Assembly (NCBI GenBank): GCA_051866635.1
Contig: JBJDXJ010000011.1
Span: 1 to 64,000, forward strand
Origin: Clostridia bacterium
Lineage (GTDB): Bacteria; Bacillota; Clostridia; UMGS1883
DNA: 64,000 bases
Direction: 5' to 3'
Shown here in pieces: positions 9,667 through 18,334 of this stretch. Made by a program: the position numbers and the translations under genes. Positions within the stretch are counted from its first letter, which is position 1, and each line of letters opens with the position of its first letter. The notes beneath the pieces are model-generated. The model was not told the DNA's origin. It saw nothing but the letters and a program-made list of their open reading frames with translations, and made no database searches.

Positions 9667-11466
9667 ATGAGTAATAGAAAATTATCTAAAAAAGAAGTCC
9701 TTGACTATCTGTATAAACTCCCTTTAGATGAGTTCTCTCAAATAGTCAAAGACTATGATAAACAACATAAAACTAAACTGAATGAAGAAGTTGATAAACT
9801 CTATGCATCTGAAATGGAACAAAGATTATTCAATGCAGGAGTTAATTCAACTTGCCCTCATTGCCATTCTGCTAATATTGTAAAAAGAGGAAGAACAAAC
9901 TTTCAAAGATATTTTTGTAAAGACTGTAATACCTCATTTTCATCCGTAACTAACACTTTTCTTGAAAATACTAAATTTACATGGAAAGTATGGGTAAGGC
10001 TTGTTGAAATGACTATCAATGGTTATTCTATTTCCAGAATGGTTAATGTTCTTGAAAAAGATTTTGGATATGTAGGTATTGAAGATATAACTCTACACCT
10101 TGCAAGACATAAAATATTACCTGCTATATCGCTTATACCACAACCTGTACTTACAGGCATTATCCAAATCGATGAAACATTTTTTAGAGAATCACAGAAA
10201 GCGACAAAAAAACTTATAAATTACATACCATCTGTTGCTGAATATAGGAAACCAAGATATGGAGTACAACCATCCCTCTTAGGCATAATGGGAAGTGAGT
10301 TTGCTAATGTTCCTGTTGCTGTTGATAGCACAGGTCACGTTGTTGCCAAGGTCGCTTGTTTAGGTAGATTATCCATTGAAATATTTACAGACCTATTTCA
10401 CGACCACATTGACAATCCTGCTTATATCTGTACGGATGCAAACCCCATATACAAAAGATACTGCAAATTGTTTGGAATACCGCACTATATAAGACCATCT
10501 AATTATCTTGAAATCATAAAAGAAGCAGGATATGATCAACCCCTTTATCCTGACGAAGAATTAAACAATGCAATTAGTCAGGAAAATTACAAGATACTTG
10601 AAAAACTGTATGCAAACAAACTTACTGACAGAATAGTAAACAAAGGATATATGACTTATAAGGAATTCCAACAACTCAAAAAAACCTATGGTTTAAGTTT
10701 GGGTGCTGTCAATAAACAACATAGTGAATTAAAAAAACTGATATACACAAACAAAACAAATGTATCAACCAAATATCTAAACAGATATATAAGTCTTTAT
10801 GTATTTCTTCATAATTGGTATATTGATAATGGTAAATACTCATCCTTAACTGCTGATGCTGAGGAAATACTTATATACATATTAAAAACTGTACCTGACA
10901 GTAGGTTTACTCTTAAAGATTTGAGGGAAGTTCAACTAACCTTACCCAAACCAACACGAAAATATATAGATATGCTGGCTGCTATGACTTCTGAAGCTCG
11001 TAAAGAGTTCAACAGCAAATATCTCAAATTCAATGAGGAAGATAAAGTTTTCAACTTCAAAAAGAAAGAATACCTATATGACTGTCCTCGTGCTTGGCTC
11101 GAAGAAATCTCAAGAGAAAAAGGCTTACCATATAAACATCATACTGTTCCTTTATGGAAAGTCGTCAATAATCTTCTTAAACAAGATGACATAGACATTA
11201 TCATCGTTAGACTTCTTCTCAAAGAAAAGAAAATCCACATTGAACAAGAAGATGCTGACCTATTAGAGCATTTTAAATTACCCATAGAAGATGTTTCTTA
11301 CAATGCACCTATGGATGAGGATATAAGCAAACATTACCCGCCCGTAAGAGAGGACAGCCCTCTGTATAATCCCACCGCTTACTTTACAGGTCAGCAGTTA
11401 ATGGATTTAGATGGTGGTCCAGATAACACAGGAATTGACGATGAAGAAGATACTCTACCATTCTAA
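9667..11466 (+). CDS. IS1595-family transposase (ISPna2-like DDN signature), long form
   Basis: Zn ribbon CPHC...YFCKDC, IQIDETFF, ICTD, VNKQHSELK...VSTKYLNRY; GGAGG RBS. Confidence 0.88.
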   Translation: MSNRKLSKKEVLDYLYKLPLDEFSQIVKDYDKQHKTKLNEEVDKLYASEMEQRLFNAGVNSTCPHCHSANIVKRGRTNFQRYFCKDCNTSFSSVTNTFLENTKFTWKVWVRLVEMTINGYSISRMVNVLEKDFGYVGIEDITLHLARHKILPAISLIPQPVLTGIIQIDETFFRESQKATKKLINYIPSVAEYRKPRYGVQPSLLGIMGSEFANVPVAVDSTGHVVAKVACLGRLSIEIFTDLFHDHIDNPAYICTDANPIYKRYCKLFGIPHYIRPSNYLEIIKEAGYDQPLYPDEELNNAISQENYKILEKLYANKLTDRIVNKGYMTYKEFQQLKKTYGLSLGAVNKQHSELKKLIYTNKTNVSTKYLNRYISLYVFLHNWYIDNGKYSSLTADAEEILIYILKTVPDSRFTLKDLREVQLTLPKPTRKYIDMLAAMTSEARKEFNSKYLKFNEEDKVFNFKKKEYLYDCPRAWLEEISREKGLPYKHHTVPLWKVVNNLLKQDDIDIIIVRLLLKEKKIHIEQEDADLLEHFKLPIEDVSYNAPMDEDISKHYPPVREDSPLYNPTAYFTGQQLMDLDGGPDNTGIDDEEDTLPF

Positions 11467-11500
11467 AAGGTATTACAAGGCAAAAATGGGCATAATTTTA

Positions 11501-11527
11501 GGCACTCCCGAATGTATTGGGAGTGCC
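11501..11527. terminator. Hairpin between the convergent transposase and REase genes
   Basis: GGCACTCCC...GGGAGTGCC stem. Confidence 0.6.
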
Positions 11528-11534
11528 ATGTATT

Positions 11535-12269
11535 TTAATTCATAATATCATATAAATCTATAAATTTTTTTACATTTTCCTCATTCTTTTCTCTGCCTTT
11601 ATCAAAATAATTGATATTAGCATTAGGATTTATAACTTGACTTTGTTCAAAAGCCTTACGTATATAAACATTAAACCCATGTTCAAAAGACATCTCACTA
11701 TTCTTAAACTTCTCTTTTAACTCATTCTGAAAATCATCCATAAGTTTTGTTGTTGTTTCAGAAAAAAACTTATTTAGAATAACTCTTTCGTTTTGGGGAA
11801 GTATATCCTCTCCAACAAAAAATGTTATATCCTTTTTCTCATAGCAACCAAATATATAAATAGTATTACTTTTGGGTAAATTTGAGTTCCATATAGGCTT
11901 ATTCCCATTAGAAGTAGAATATTTACTTTCTAAACAAAAAATTTTATGTTTAGTAAATACCAAAAAATCTGGAAATTGTTGACTTCCATAGGGTTGATGA
12001 ATATATATATTTGTATATTTTGGACCCAGTTCTGCCAATTCATTATCTAAAACCGCTGTGGCTAATGTATCTAAAACTTTGGGTTTTATTTTTTTTAAAT
12101 AATCAACAATAACCTTATCTTCTTTAGCTCCTACAAAGTCAAAACCTACACCTCTTAAACACCTTCTTAAACATTCTTCAAATCCTTTACCATCATTAGA
12201 ATTTGTGATTTGCTTTTTATTTTTATGTATATCATCAAAAAATAAATTCAATGGATTTATATTTCCCAT
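11535..12269 (-). CDS. Putative Type II restriction endonuclease (PD-(D/E)xK)
   Basis: FEE helix, QPYGSQQFPDFLV and LESK motifs; TGATG translational coupling to the upstream MTase. Confidence 0.75.
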   Translation of the reverse strand: MGNINPLNLFFDDIHKNKKQITNSNDGKGFEECLRRCLRGVGFDFVGAKEDKVIVDYLKKIKPKVLDTLATAVLDNELAELGPKYTNIYIHQPYGSQQFPDFLVFTKHKIFCLESKYSTSNGNKPIWNSNLPKSNTIYIFGCYEKKDITFFVGEDILPQNERVILNKFFSETTTKLMDDFQNELKEKFKNSEMSFEHGFNVYIRKAFEQSQVINPNANINYFDKGREKNEENVKKFIDLYDIMN

Positions 12270-13171
12270 CAAACACTCACACTCCCTTTCATTTTCAGTT
12301 GAACTTCTAAACGTTCATATTCTTGAATGACATCAGCCTTACCAAACCCAGGAATTGTGGTGTTTTTCAATGCCAAACTAGCAAAATCAAATAATTCAAA
12401 TATCTTTGCGGCCTCAGGATTATTTATTTTAAAGAATATGTATTGAATATTATACTTACAATCTTTCCTGTTTGTAATTACTTTTGAATAATCATAATAG
12501 CCTTGACGTGGTACACAAAAATCCCAAGGATATTCAAAATATTTACGAGCTGCTACTGTGTTGTTATATTGATATAAATCAAAGTCTGGATGTGAGGTTC
12601 TTGGTTTTTCTCTGAGTCTCATATCAGAATAACCTGAAAGCGAATATTTACTCCATATTTGAAAACAACATCTTGCTGAAAACTCTTTTCCATTAAACAC
12701 AAATGAGTTAGGAGGTAGTATTTCGTCATATATGAGCATAAATCTATCATCTATTTTGCTTTGAACACTCCATTTTCTAAATTGAACAGGAACTATAAAA
12801 GCAATAATACTACTACACAGAGCTGCTCTGTTAAAAAAATCTATTGCTAATGATGACCTATTACCAAATGGTGGATTACCAATTGTAATAACATTTGAAT
12901 AATCCCTAATATCAACCTTCAAAAAATCTCTTTTCTTTACATCAGGATGTTTAGGGTCAATATCAAATGCCACTATCTTCCTATTTTTAAATATTTTATT
13001 TGTAGCATCTATGAAAGAACCTGTACCAGCAGATGGTTCTAAAAAGATACTGTTATCAAATCTACTTGTAGTAGCTACAACATCTTTTAAAACGTTTAAG
13101 CACTTTTCAGCAATATGCTTTTGAGTATAATATTGGTCTAAGTTTAAAGATTTTCTATATGCTTCATTCAT
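12269..13171 (-). CDS. Amino (N6-A/N4-C) DNA methyltransferase, gamma-type motif order
   Basis: DQYYT (motif X), FLEPSAGTGSF (motif I), GNPPFG (motif IV), AFIVP. Start at ATG 13171 after GAGGAGG. Confidence 0.88.
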   Translation of the reverse strand: MNEAYRKSLNLDQYYTQKHIAEKCLNVLKDVVATTSRFDNSIFLEPSAGTGSFIDATNKIFKNRKIVAFDIDPKHPDVKKRDFLKVDIRDYSNVITIGNPPFGNRSSLAIDFFNRAALCSSIIAFIVPVQFRKWSVQSKIDDRFMLIYDEILPPNSFVFNGKEFSARCCFQIWSKYSLSGYSDMRLREKPRTSHPDFDLYQYNNTVAARKYFEYPWDFCVPRQGYYDYSKVITNRKDCKYNIQYIFFKINNPEAAKIFELFDFASLALKNTTIPGFGKADVIQEYERLEVQLKMKGSVSV

Positions 13172-13469
13172 AAAAAAGACCTCCTCTTTTTGTTCTCTAA
13201 AAGAAATTAGGTCTTTTTGTCCAAGAAAAATATTTTTTATCACGAATACATGGATAAGTGTATTATTTCCTCCCTCTTAATTACTCTTCAAATTTTTATA
13301 TAAACTGTCATACTTTTTATGCTCTTGTCTTCATATAAACTGTTATACTTTCACTTTTTCTATCAATATGCGATTTTTGATGCATAATTTGAAATCAAAC
13401 ATAAAAATAGGGTCTTAAATCATTGTTTAAAACCCTATAAACATACCCACTAATCATTATTTACACAAT

Positions 13470-13508
13470 AAAATAGAGCACTGAGCCATAGGCTCAGTGC
13501 TCTATTTT
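13470..13508 (-). terminator. Intrinsic terminator of the cargo nuclease gene
   Basis: Perfect stem AAAATAGAGCACTGAGCC/GGCTCAGTGCTCTATTTT overlapping the stop codon. Confidence 0.8.
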
Positions 13509-14707
13509 GCTAAATTCTGTATATTTTCATCAATGCGCTTACACACAAGTTCTGGCGTAATCTCATCCCAATAATTAAAATACACCAATTTAATACCATG
13601 CTCAACGCTTAATTTTCTTTTTTCTTCATCACGAAGTTTAACTTTTTCAAATGATTTCTCACCACCAAAGAAATCAACAGGTTCAAAATGCTGTTTTCCC
13701 TGATACTCTACTGCTATTTTTAGTTTAGAAATATAAATATCATATGACATCTGACCACCAAATGAACTATGCAAGAAGAACGGGCGATGTTGATATATAA
13801 CACCATAGTCCTTGTAATGCTTTTTGATAATCTTAAATACATACTCCTCTGTTTTCCACTTGTATTCGGGTTTACTATAAGGAATCCTCTCTATTGAAGC
13901 ATATTTCCCTAATTTAGCGTTTTCTATATGTTCTCTTACTGCGTTGTAAATTTCTATTTCTTCACGAAAATATTCTATGGGTAATGAATAATACGAAAGA
14001 TTTTCCTGCAATCTTTTAATCATTCTTGTACCTTTGTGAGAGAAAATAGTATCAACAAAATCCTCATCAACAAATTTATTATATTCTGACAACCCCATAC
14101 CATCCAATCTCTTGTTTCCATAGTATGTATTCTGAATTAAATTATCCGCAAACCTCAAAACAAATGGATGAACTTTACCCTTGATTGCATCAGCAGCATA
14201 AGATACATGACCATCTAATGCTTTCATTTCAAAAATTACTATTGTGTATGGTGTTCCTTCCCAAGCATCTAAACGCTCTTGCAAATGAACTTCAGGACAA
14301 TTCTCTATAACATAATCTGTATGCGAAAATATACCGTTTGCAAGATAATATACATTAACGCCCTTAAAACGTGCATATCTAACAAAAGTAGTATAAGCAC
14401 CTATTTCTTCTTGTACCTCATACATAAAGGGACTGTGTTTATATTTTGGCAGTAAAGTATTTGGAGTTAATTCTTCAATATCTACACCACAAACGCCCTC
14501 AGCAAGATACCATTGACGGTTTTCTTCAATATCCATAAATTCACAATTTACATCATATTTTATATACAATGCTACTGTATCTGCAAATACGACAACCATA
14601 TCATTTTCTGTAATCATGAACTTTTGCATATCAAAATCAGAGTATAGATTTAAAAATCTATCTACAACCATTTCAGCATATTCTCTTGTTAAAGGACTAT
14701 ACTCCAT
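13502..14707 (-). CDS. Hypothetical protein with C-terminal Vsr/DUF559-like PD-(D/E)xK endonuclease domain
   Basis: C-terminal SYDIYI..KIAVEYQGKQHF..FFGG..RDEEKRKL..GIKLVYF. The N-terminal ~280 aa are not recognised. Confidence 0.7.
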   Translation of the reverse strand: MEYSPLTREYAEMVVDRFLNLYSDFDMQKFMITENDMVVVFADTVALYIKYDVNCEFMDIEENRQWYLAEGVCGVDIEELTPNTLLPKYKHSPFMYEVQEEIGAYTTFVRYARFKGVNVYYLANGIFSHTDYVIENCPEVHLQERLDAWEGTPYTIVIFEMKALDGHVSYAADAIKGKVHPFVLRFADNLIQNTYYGNKRLDGMGLSEYNKFVDEDFVDTIFSHKGTRMIKRLQENLSYYSLPIEYFREEIEIYNAVREHIENAKLGKYASIERIPYSKPEYKWKTEEYVFKIIKKHYKDYGVIYQHRPFFLHSSFGGQMSYDIYISKLKIAVEYQGKQHFEPVDFFGGEKSFEKVKLRDEEKRKLSVEHGIKLVYFNYWDEITPELVCKRIDENIQNLAK

Positions 14708-14986
14708 AATATTCTCCTTAACAACATAATAACATTTTTATTTATTATATCATAATTCATCCTATTCTTCAAGACAGAAAGTTCTGAAAAGGATAAACAC
14801 ATAAAATCACTTAATGCTTTTTATTTCAGTATAAAGTTCAACGATATTTTTCAAAACTCATACAACTGTCCATCAATTTTCAACGATATTTTACTAAATA
14901 CAGGGCTAAAAAGAGAGTTCCTACCCTGTATTACGTGAAGGAACTCGATATCCTATCATCTAGAGTATATAAAAATCGTCTATACA

Positions 14987-15015
14987 TTGAAATTTATTGT
15001 TTATTATGATACAAT
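14987..15015 (+). promoter_or_regulatory. Sigma-A promoter of the GTPase-NYN gene
   Basis: TTGAAA-17 nt-TACAAT with an extended -10 TG. Confidence 0.6.
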
Positions 15016-15041
15016 AAACCCATTACGAAAGGAGGAAGAGC

Positions 15042-17642
15042 ATGAAAAAGCTTGTTATCGGTATTCTCGCCCATGTTGACAGCGGAAAAACAACGCTATC
15101 GGAAGCAATACTCTATCACACAGGTGCAATACGCCGCTTAGGAAGGGTTGACAATAAAGACACATTTTTAGACACTAATGAAATTGAACGTGAACGTGGT
15201 ATCACTATTTTTTCAAAGGAAGCACGGTTTGAAACTGAAAACACCGCCTTTACCTTGCTTGACACCCCGGGGCATGTGGATTTTTCCTCGGAAGCGGAAA
15301 GAACATTATCTGTGCTTGACTATGCAGTTTTGGTTGTTTCAGGCTCCGAAAAGGTTCAGAGTCACACTGTAACATTATGGAATTTATTAAAAAAGTACAA
15401 TGTCCCCACCTTTATTTTCGTAAACAAAATGGATATTTCCCATTATTCGGAAGAGGAAATTTTAACCTCTCTTACAACAGAGTTGGATATTGGCTGTGTT
15501 GATTTTTCCCATATAGATTACGAAGCTGTCAGTATGTGCGACGAAATACTTTTGAACCTATACCTTGAAGAGGGTGAACTTACAAAAAAGGATATTATTT
15601 ACGGCATTAAACGAAGAAGTATATTCCCTGTCTGTTTTGGTTCGGCATTAAAAAGCCAAGGCATAGCAGAACTTTTAAATTTACTTGATGTATACACGGC
15701 AGAACCCTTTAAAACAGACTCTTTCGGATGCAGGGTTTTTAAAATATCAGAGGACGATAAGGGTAACCGCCTTACACATATGAAAATAACAGGCGGTACT
15801 CTTACCCCTAAAACTGCACTTTCCACATCTTCTTGGGAAGAAAAGGTCAATGAAATCCGTATATATTCAGGTGCAAAGTATAAAAGCGTTGCATTGGTAA
15901 CACAGGGTGATGTATGCACAGTAACCGGGCTTACAAAAACCTTCCCCGGTGAAGGTTTGGGGTTTGAAAAAACTGCCGCCTCCCTTTCACAGACACCTCT
16001 TTTCAGCTACAGTGTTATCCTTCCCGATGGTGTTGACCCCCTTCATGCTTTAGGCACATTAAAGAAACTTGAAGAAGAGGAAACGGAACTAAAAATCACA
16101 TGGAACGAACAGACAAAGGAAATTGAATTTTACCTTATGGGGGAAGTTCAGCTTGAAGTATTAAAAAAGATTATTGCATCACGTTTTAATATGGAGGTTG
16201 ACTTTTCAAAGGGCAGTATCATATACAAGGAAACCATACAAAACACAGTTGAAGGCGTTGGTCATTACGAACCACTTCGCCACTATGCGGAGGTTCATCT
16301 TCGCATTGAGCCGGGCAAGGAAGGTACAGGCCTTGTTTTTGACACCGACTGCAGTGAAGAAGTTTTAGAGAGAAACTGGCAAAACCTTATTCTGACCCAC
16401 CTTAAAGAAAAGACACACAAGGGTGTACTTACGGGCTCACCAATCACTGATATGAAAATCACCTTAGTTAGCGGTAAAGCACACTTAAAGCATACAGAGG
16501 GCGGTGATTTCAGGCAGGCAACTTACCGTGCAGTAAGACAAGGCTTAATGCAAGCTGAAAGCGTTCTTTTAGAGCCATGGTATGATTTTACCATAACTCT
16601 CCCATCTCAATTTGTGGGCAGAGCCATGACCGATATAACAGCCATGGGAGGAACTGTTTCAGCCCCCGAAATGTTAGACGCAGACACAAGCACTATTTCA
16701 GGCAGAGCACCCATTTCAGGTATGCACGGGTACGATATGGAATTGACCGCATACACAAAGGGATTGGGCAGGCTGTCCTGTTCCTTTTCAGGCTACAGTA
16801 AATGCCCTAATCAGGAGGAGATCGTGGCAAAAAAGGCATATGACCCTGAAGGTGATTTATATAACTCCCCCGACTCTGTTTTCTGTGCCCAAGGTGCAGG
16901 CTTCAGCGTAAAATGGTATGATGTTGAAAAATATATGCACCTTGCAAAAGAAAAAACCCCTGAACGCATTTCCAGGGCGACAACCCATGGCGGAAAAAGG
17001 GGCGTTATTGACGAAGATGAGCTGATTAAAGTTTTCGAGGCGACTTACGGCAAAATCGAGCGTAAATTGCCTAACCAAATGAAAACTCCCAAAAAAGAGC
17101 TTGGGGATTACGTGCCAAAAAACAAAAAACCAAAAGGCAGCGATTACCTTTTGATTGACGGCTACAACGTTATATTTTCTGACGATGAATTGAAAAAGGC
17201 GGCACATGCAAGTTTGGAAGATGCCCGTAAAATGCTCATTGACAAAGCAATAATATATAACAGCTTAAAGCAAATTGAAGTTATAGTTGTATTTGATGCC
17301 TACCGTGTTAAGGGGCAAGGCAGTATAGAACAACATTCAAACATAAGCGTTGTATATACAAAAGAGGCTGAAACTGCCGACAGCTACATTGAAAAGGTCA
17401 CCCATGAGCTTAGTAAAAACCACCGTGTGCGTGTTGCCACAAGCGACAATTTAGAGCAGATTATTATATTGGGTAACAACGCCCTGCGTATGACAGCACG
17501 TGAATTTTTCGACGAGCTTAATGAGGCAGAAATGGAAATTGCCGCTTATATCCAACGAAATAATATAACGAATCAAGACATTTCAAACACGGTTTTATCG
17601 AAAGAAATTTTAGAAAAAATCACAAATCCGCAGAATGATTAG
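15042..17642 (+). CDS. TetM/EF-G-like translational GTPase fused to C-terminal NYN (YacP/Rae1-like) RNase domain
   Basis: AHVDSGKTT, ERERGITI, DTPGHVDF, NKMD and EF-G domains III-V, then LLIDGYN...VVFDAY...ETADSYIEK...VATSDNLEQ. Confidence 0.88.
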   Translation: MKKLVIGILAHVDSGKTTLSEAILYHTGAIRRLGRVDNKDTFLDTNEIERERGITIFSKEARFETENTAFTLLDTPGHVDFSSEAERTLSVLDYAVLVVSGSEKVQSHTVTLWNLLKKYNVPTFIFVNKMDISHYSEEEILTSLTTELDIGCVDFSHIDYEAVSMCDEILLNLYLEEGELTKKDIIYGIKRRSIFPVCFGSALKSQGIAELLNLLDVYTAEPFKTDSFGCRVFKISEDDKGNRLTHMKITGGTLTPKTALSTSSWEEKVNEIRIYSGAKYKSVALVTQGDVCTVTGLTKTFPGEGLGFEKTAASLSQTPLFSYSVILPDGVDPLHALGTLKKLEEEETELKITWNEQTKEIEFYLMGEVQLEVLKKIIASRFNMEVDFSKGSIIYKETIQNTVEGVGHYEPLRHYAEVHLRIEPGKEGTGLVFDTDCSEEVLERNWQNLILTHLKEKTHKGVLTGSPITDMKITLVSGKAHLKHTEGGDFRQATYRAVRQGLMQAESVLLEPWYDFTITLPSQFVGRAMTDITAMGGTVSAPEMLDADTSTISGRAPISGMHGYDMELTAYTKGLGRLSCSFSGYSKCPNQEEIVAKKAYDPEGDLYNSPDSVFCAQGAGFSVKWYDVEKYMHLAKEKTPERISRATTHGGKRGVIDEDELIKVFEATYGKIERKLPNQMKTPKKELGDYVPKNKKPKGSDYLLIDGYNVIFSDDELKKAAHASLEDARKMLIDKAIIYNSLKQIEVIVVFDAYRVKGQGSIEQHSNISVVYTKEAETADSYIEKVTHELSKNHRVRVATSDNLEQIIILGNNALRMTAREFFDELNEAEMEIAAYIQRNNITNQDISNTVLSKEILEKITNPQND

Positions 17643-18178
17643 TTCTGCGGATTTTCTTTGTATTTACTTATAATGTATTCATTTATTTCTCCGATAGTAC
17701 AGATAGCCTTTTCAAATTCCTCTCCTTGGTATTTTGCCGCGGCATGGAAGCTTCCGTATATTAAAACCGTTAGCATAACATCTTTTTCAAGGCTGTCTTT
17801 GTAAGATGGATCCATTGTGTAAATATGCTCTTTTAACCTCTTTTCCAGCTTGCAGGCAAAAACACCGTAACGTGAACCTGAAAAGAGTGTTTGAAAAAGG
17901 CTGTTTTGATAACATATTTCAATTGCAAGTTTTTTCACACTTTCGCCCGTTGCCCATCCTGAACGGGGAATATTATTAATAACCTTATCTATTATTTCAT
18001 TTTCCAATTTGTCCGACAAATCGTAAACGCTTTCGTAATGGTTGTAAAATGTCGCCTTGTTTATAAGGGCGTAATCTGCAATTTCCTTAACGGTTATTTT
18101 TTCAATGGGCTTTTTTTCCCTTAGTTTTAAAAACGCATCTTCTATGCACTTTCTCGTTCTTTGCACCCTTAAATCCAT
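17639..18178 (-). CDS. TetR/AcrR family transcriptional regulator
   Basis: MDLRVQRTRKCI...ITVKEIADYALINKATFYNHY HTH. Confidence 0.9.
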   Translation of the reverse strand: MDLRVQRTRKCIEDAFLKLREKKPIEKITVKEIADYALINKATFYNHYESVYDLSDKLENEIIDKVINNIPRSGWATGESVKKLAIEICYQNSLFQTLFSGSRYGVFACKLEKRLKEHIYTMDPSYKDSLEKDVMLTVLIYGSFHAAAKYQGEEFEKAICTIGEINEYIISKYKENPQN

Positions 18179-18222
18179 ATTCCCACCCTTTTCAACTGAT
18201 TTGTATTTTTGTCTAAAAAAAC

Positions 18223-18242
18223 AACAATAATAAATTATTGTT
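18223..18242. promoter_or_regulatory. Candidate TetR operator
   Basis: Perfect palindrome AACAATAAT-AA-ATTATTGTT in the tetR/glgB divergent intergenic region; AT-rich, so it may be chance. Confidence 0.35.
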
Positions 18243-18334
18243 TATTGATAACTCCATTTTCTTATGTTACAATTATACCACTTAATTCAACTGTAGTCAA
18301 TTATTTTTACTAAAGTTTATAAAAGGAGCTTGAA

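Larger units (their letters stand above)
9510..14972. mobile_element. IS1595-family transporter IS (cargo transposon), complete
   Basis: Terminal IRs TTATATACTCTAG-N6-GGATATCG (9510-9536; reverse copy 14946-14972). Direct repeat AAATCGTC at 9502-9509 and 14973-14980 (or 10 bp AAAATCGTCT if the IRs are 1 nt shorter). Contains a transposase and three passenger genes and is visibly more AT-rich than its flanks. Confidence 0.9.

Noticed and set aside
15042-17642. Tetracycline resistance gene call (tetM/tetO) and inclusion in the transposon
   Set aside because: It lies outside the right IR and target duplication, has host-like composition and carries an extra NYN domain. Resistance cannot be supported from the sequence.
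17625-17653. Both convergent proteins end in NPQN
   Set aside because: A trivial consequence of both ORFs ending in the arms of one inverted repeat (shared terminator-like hairpin).
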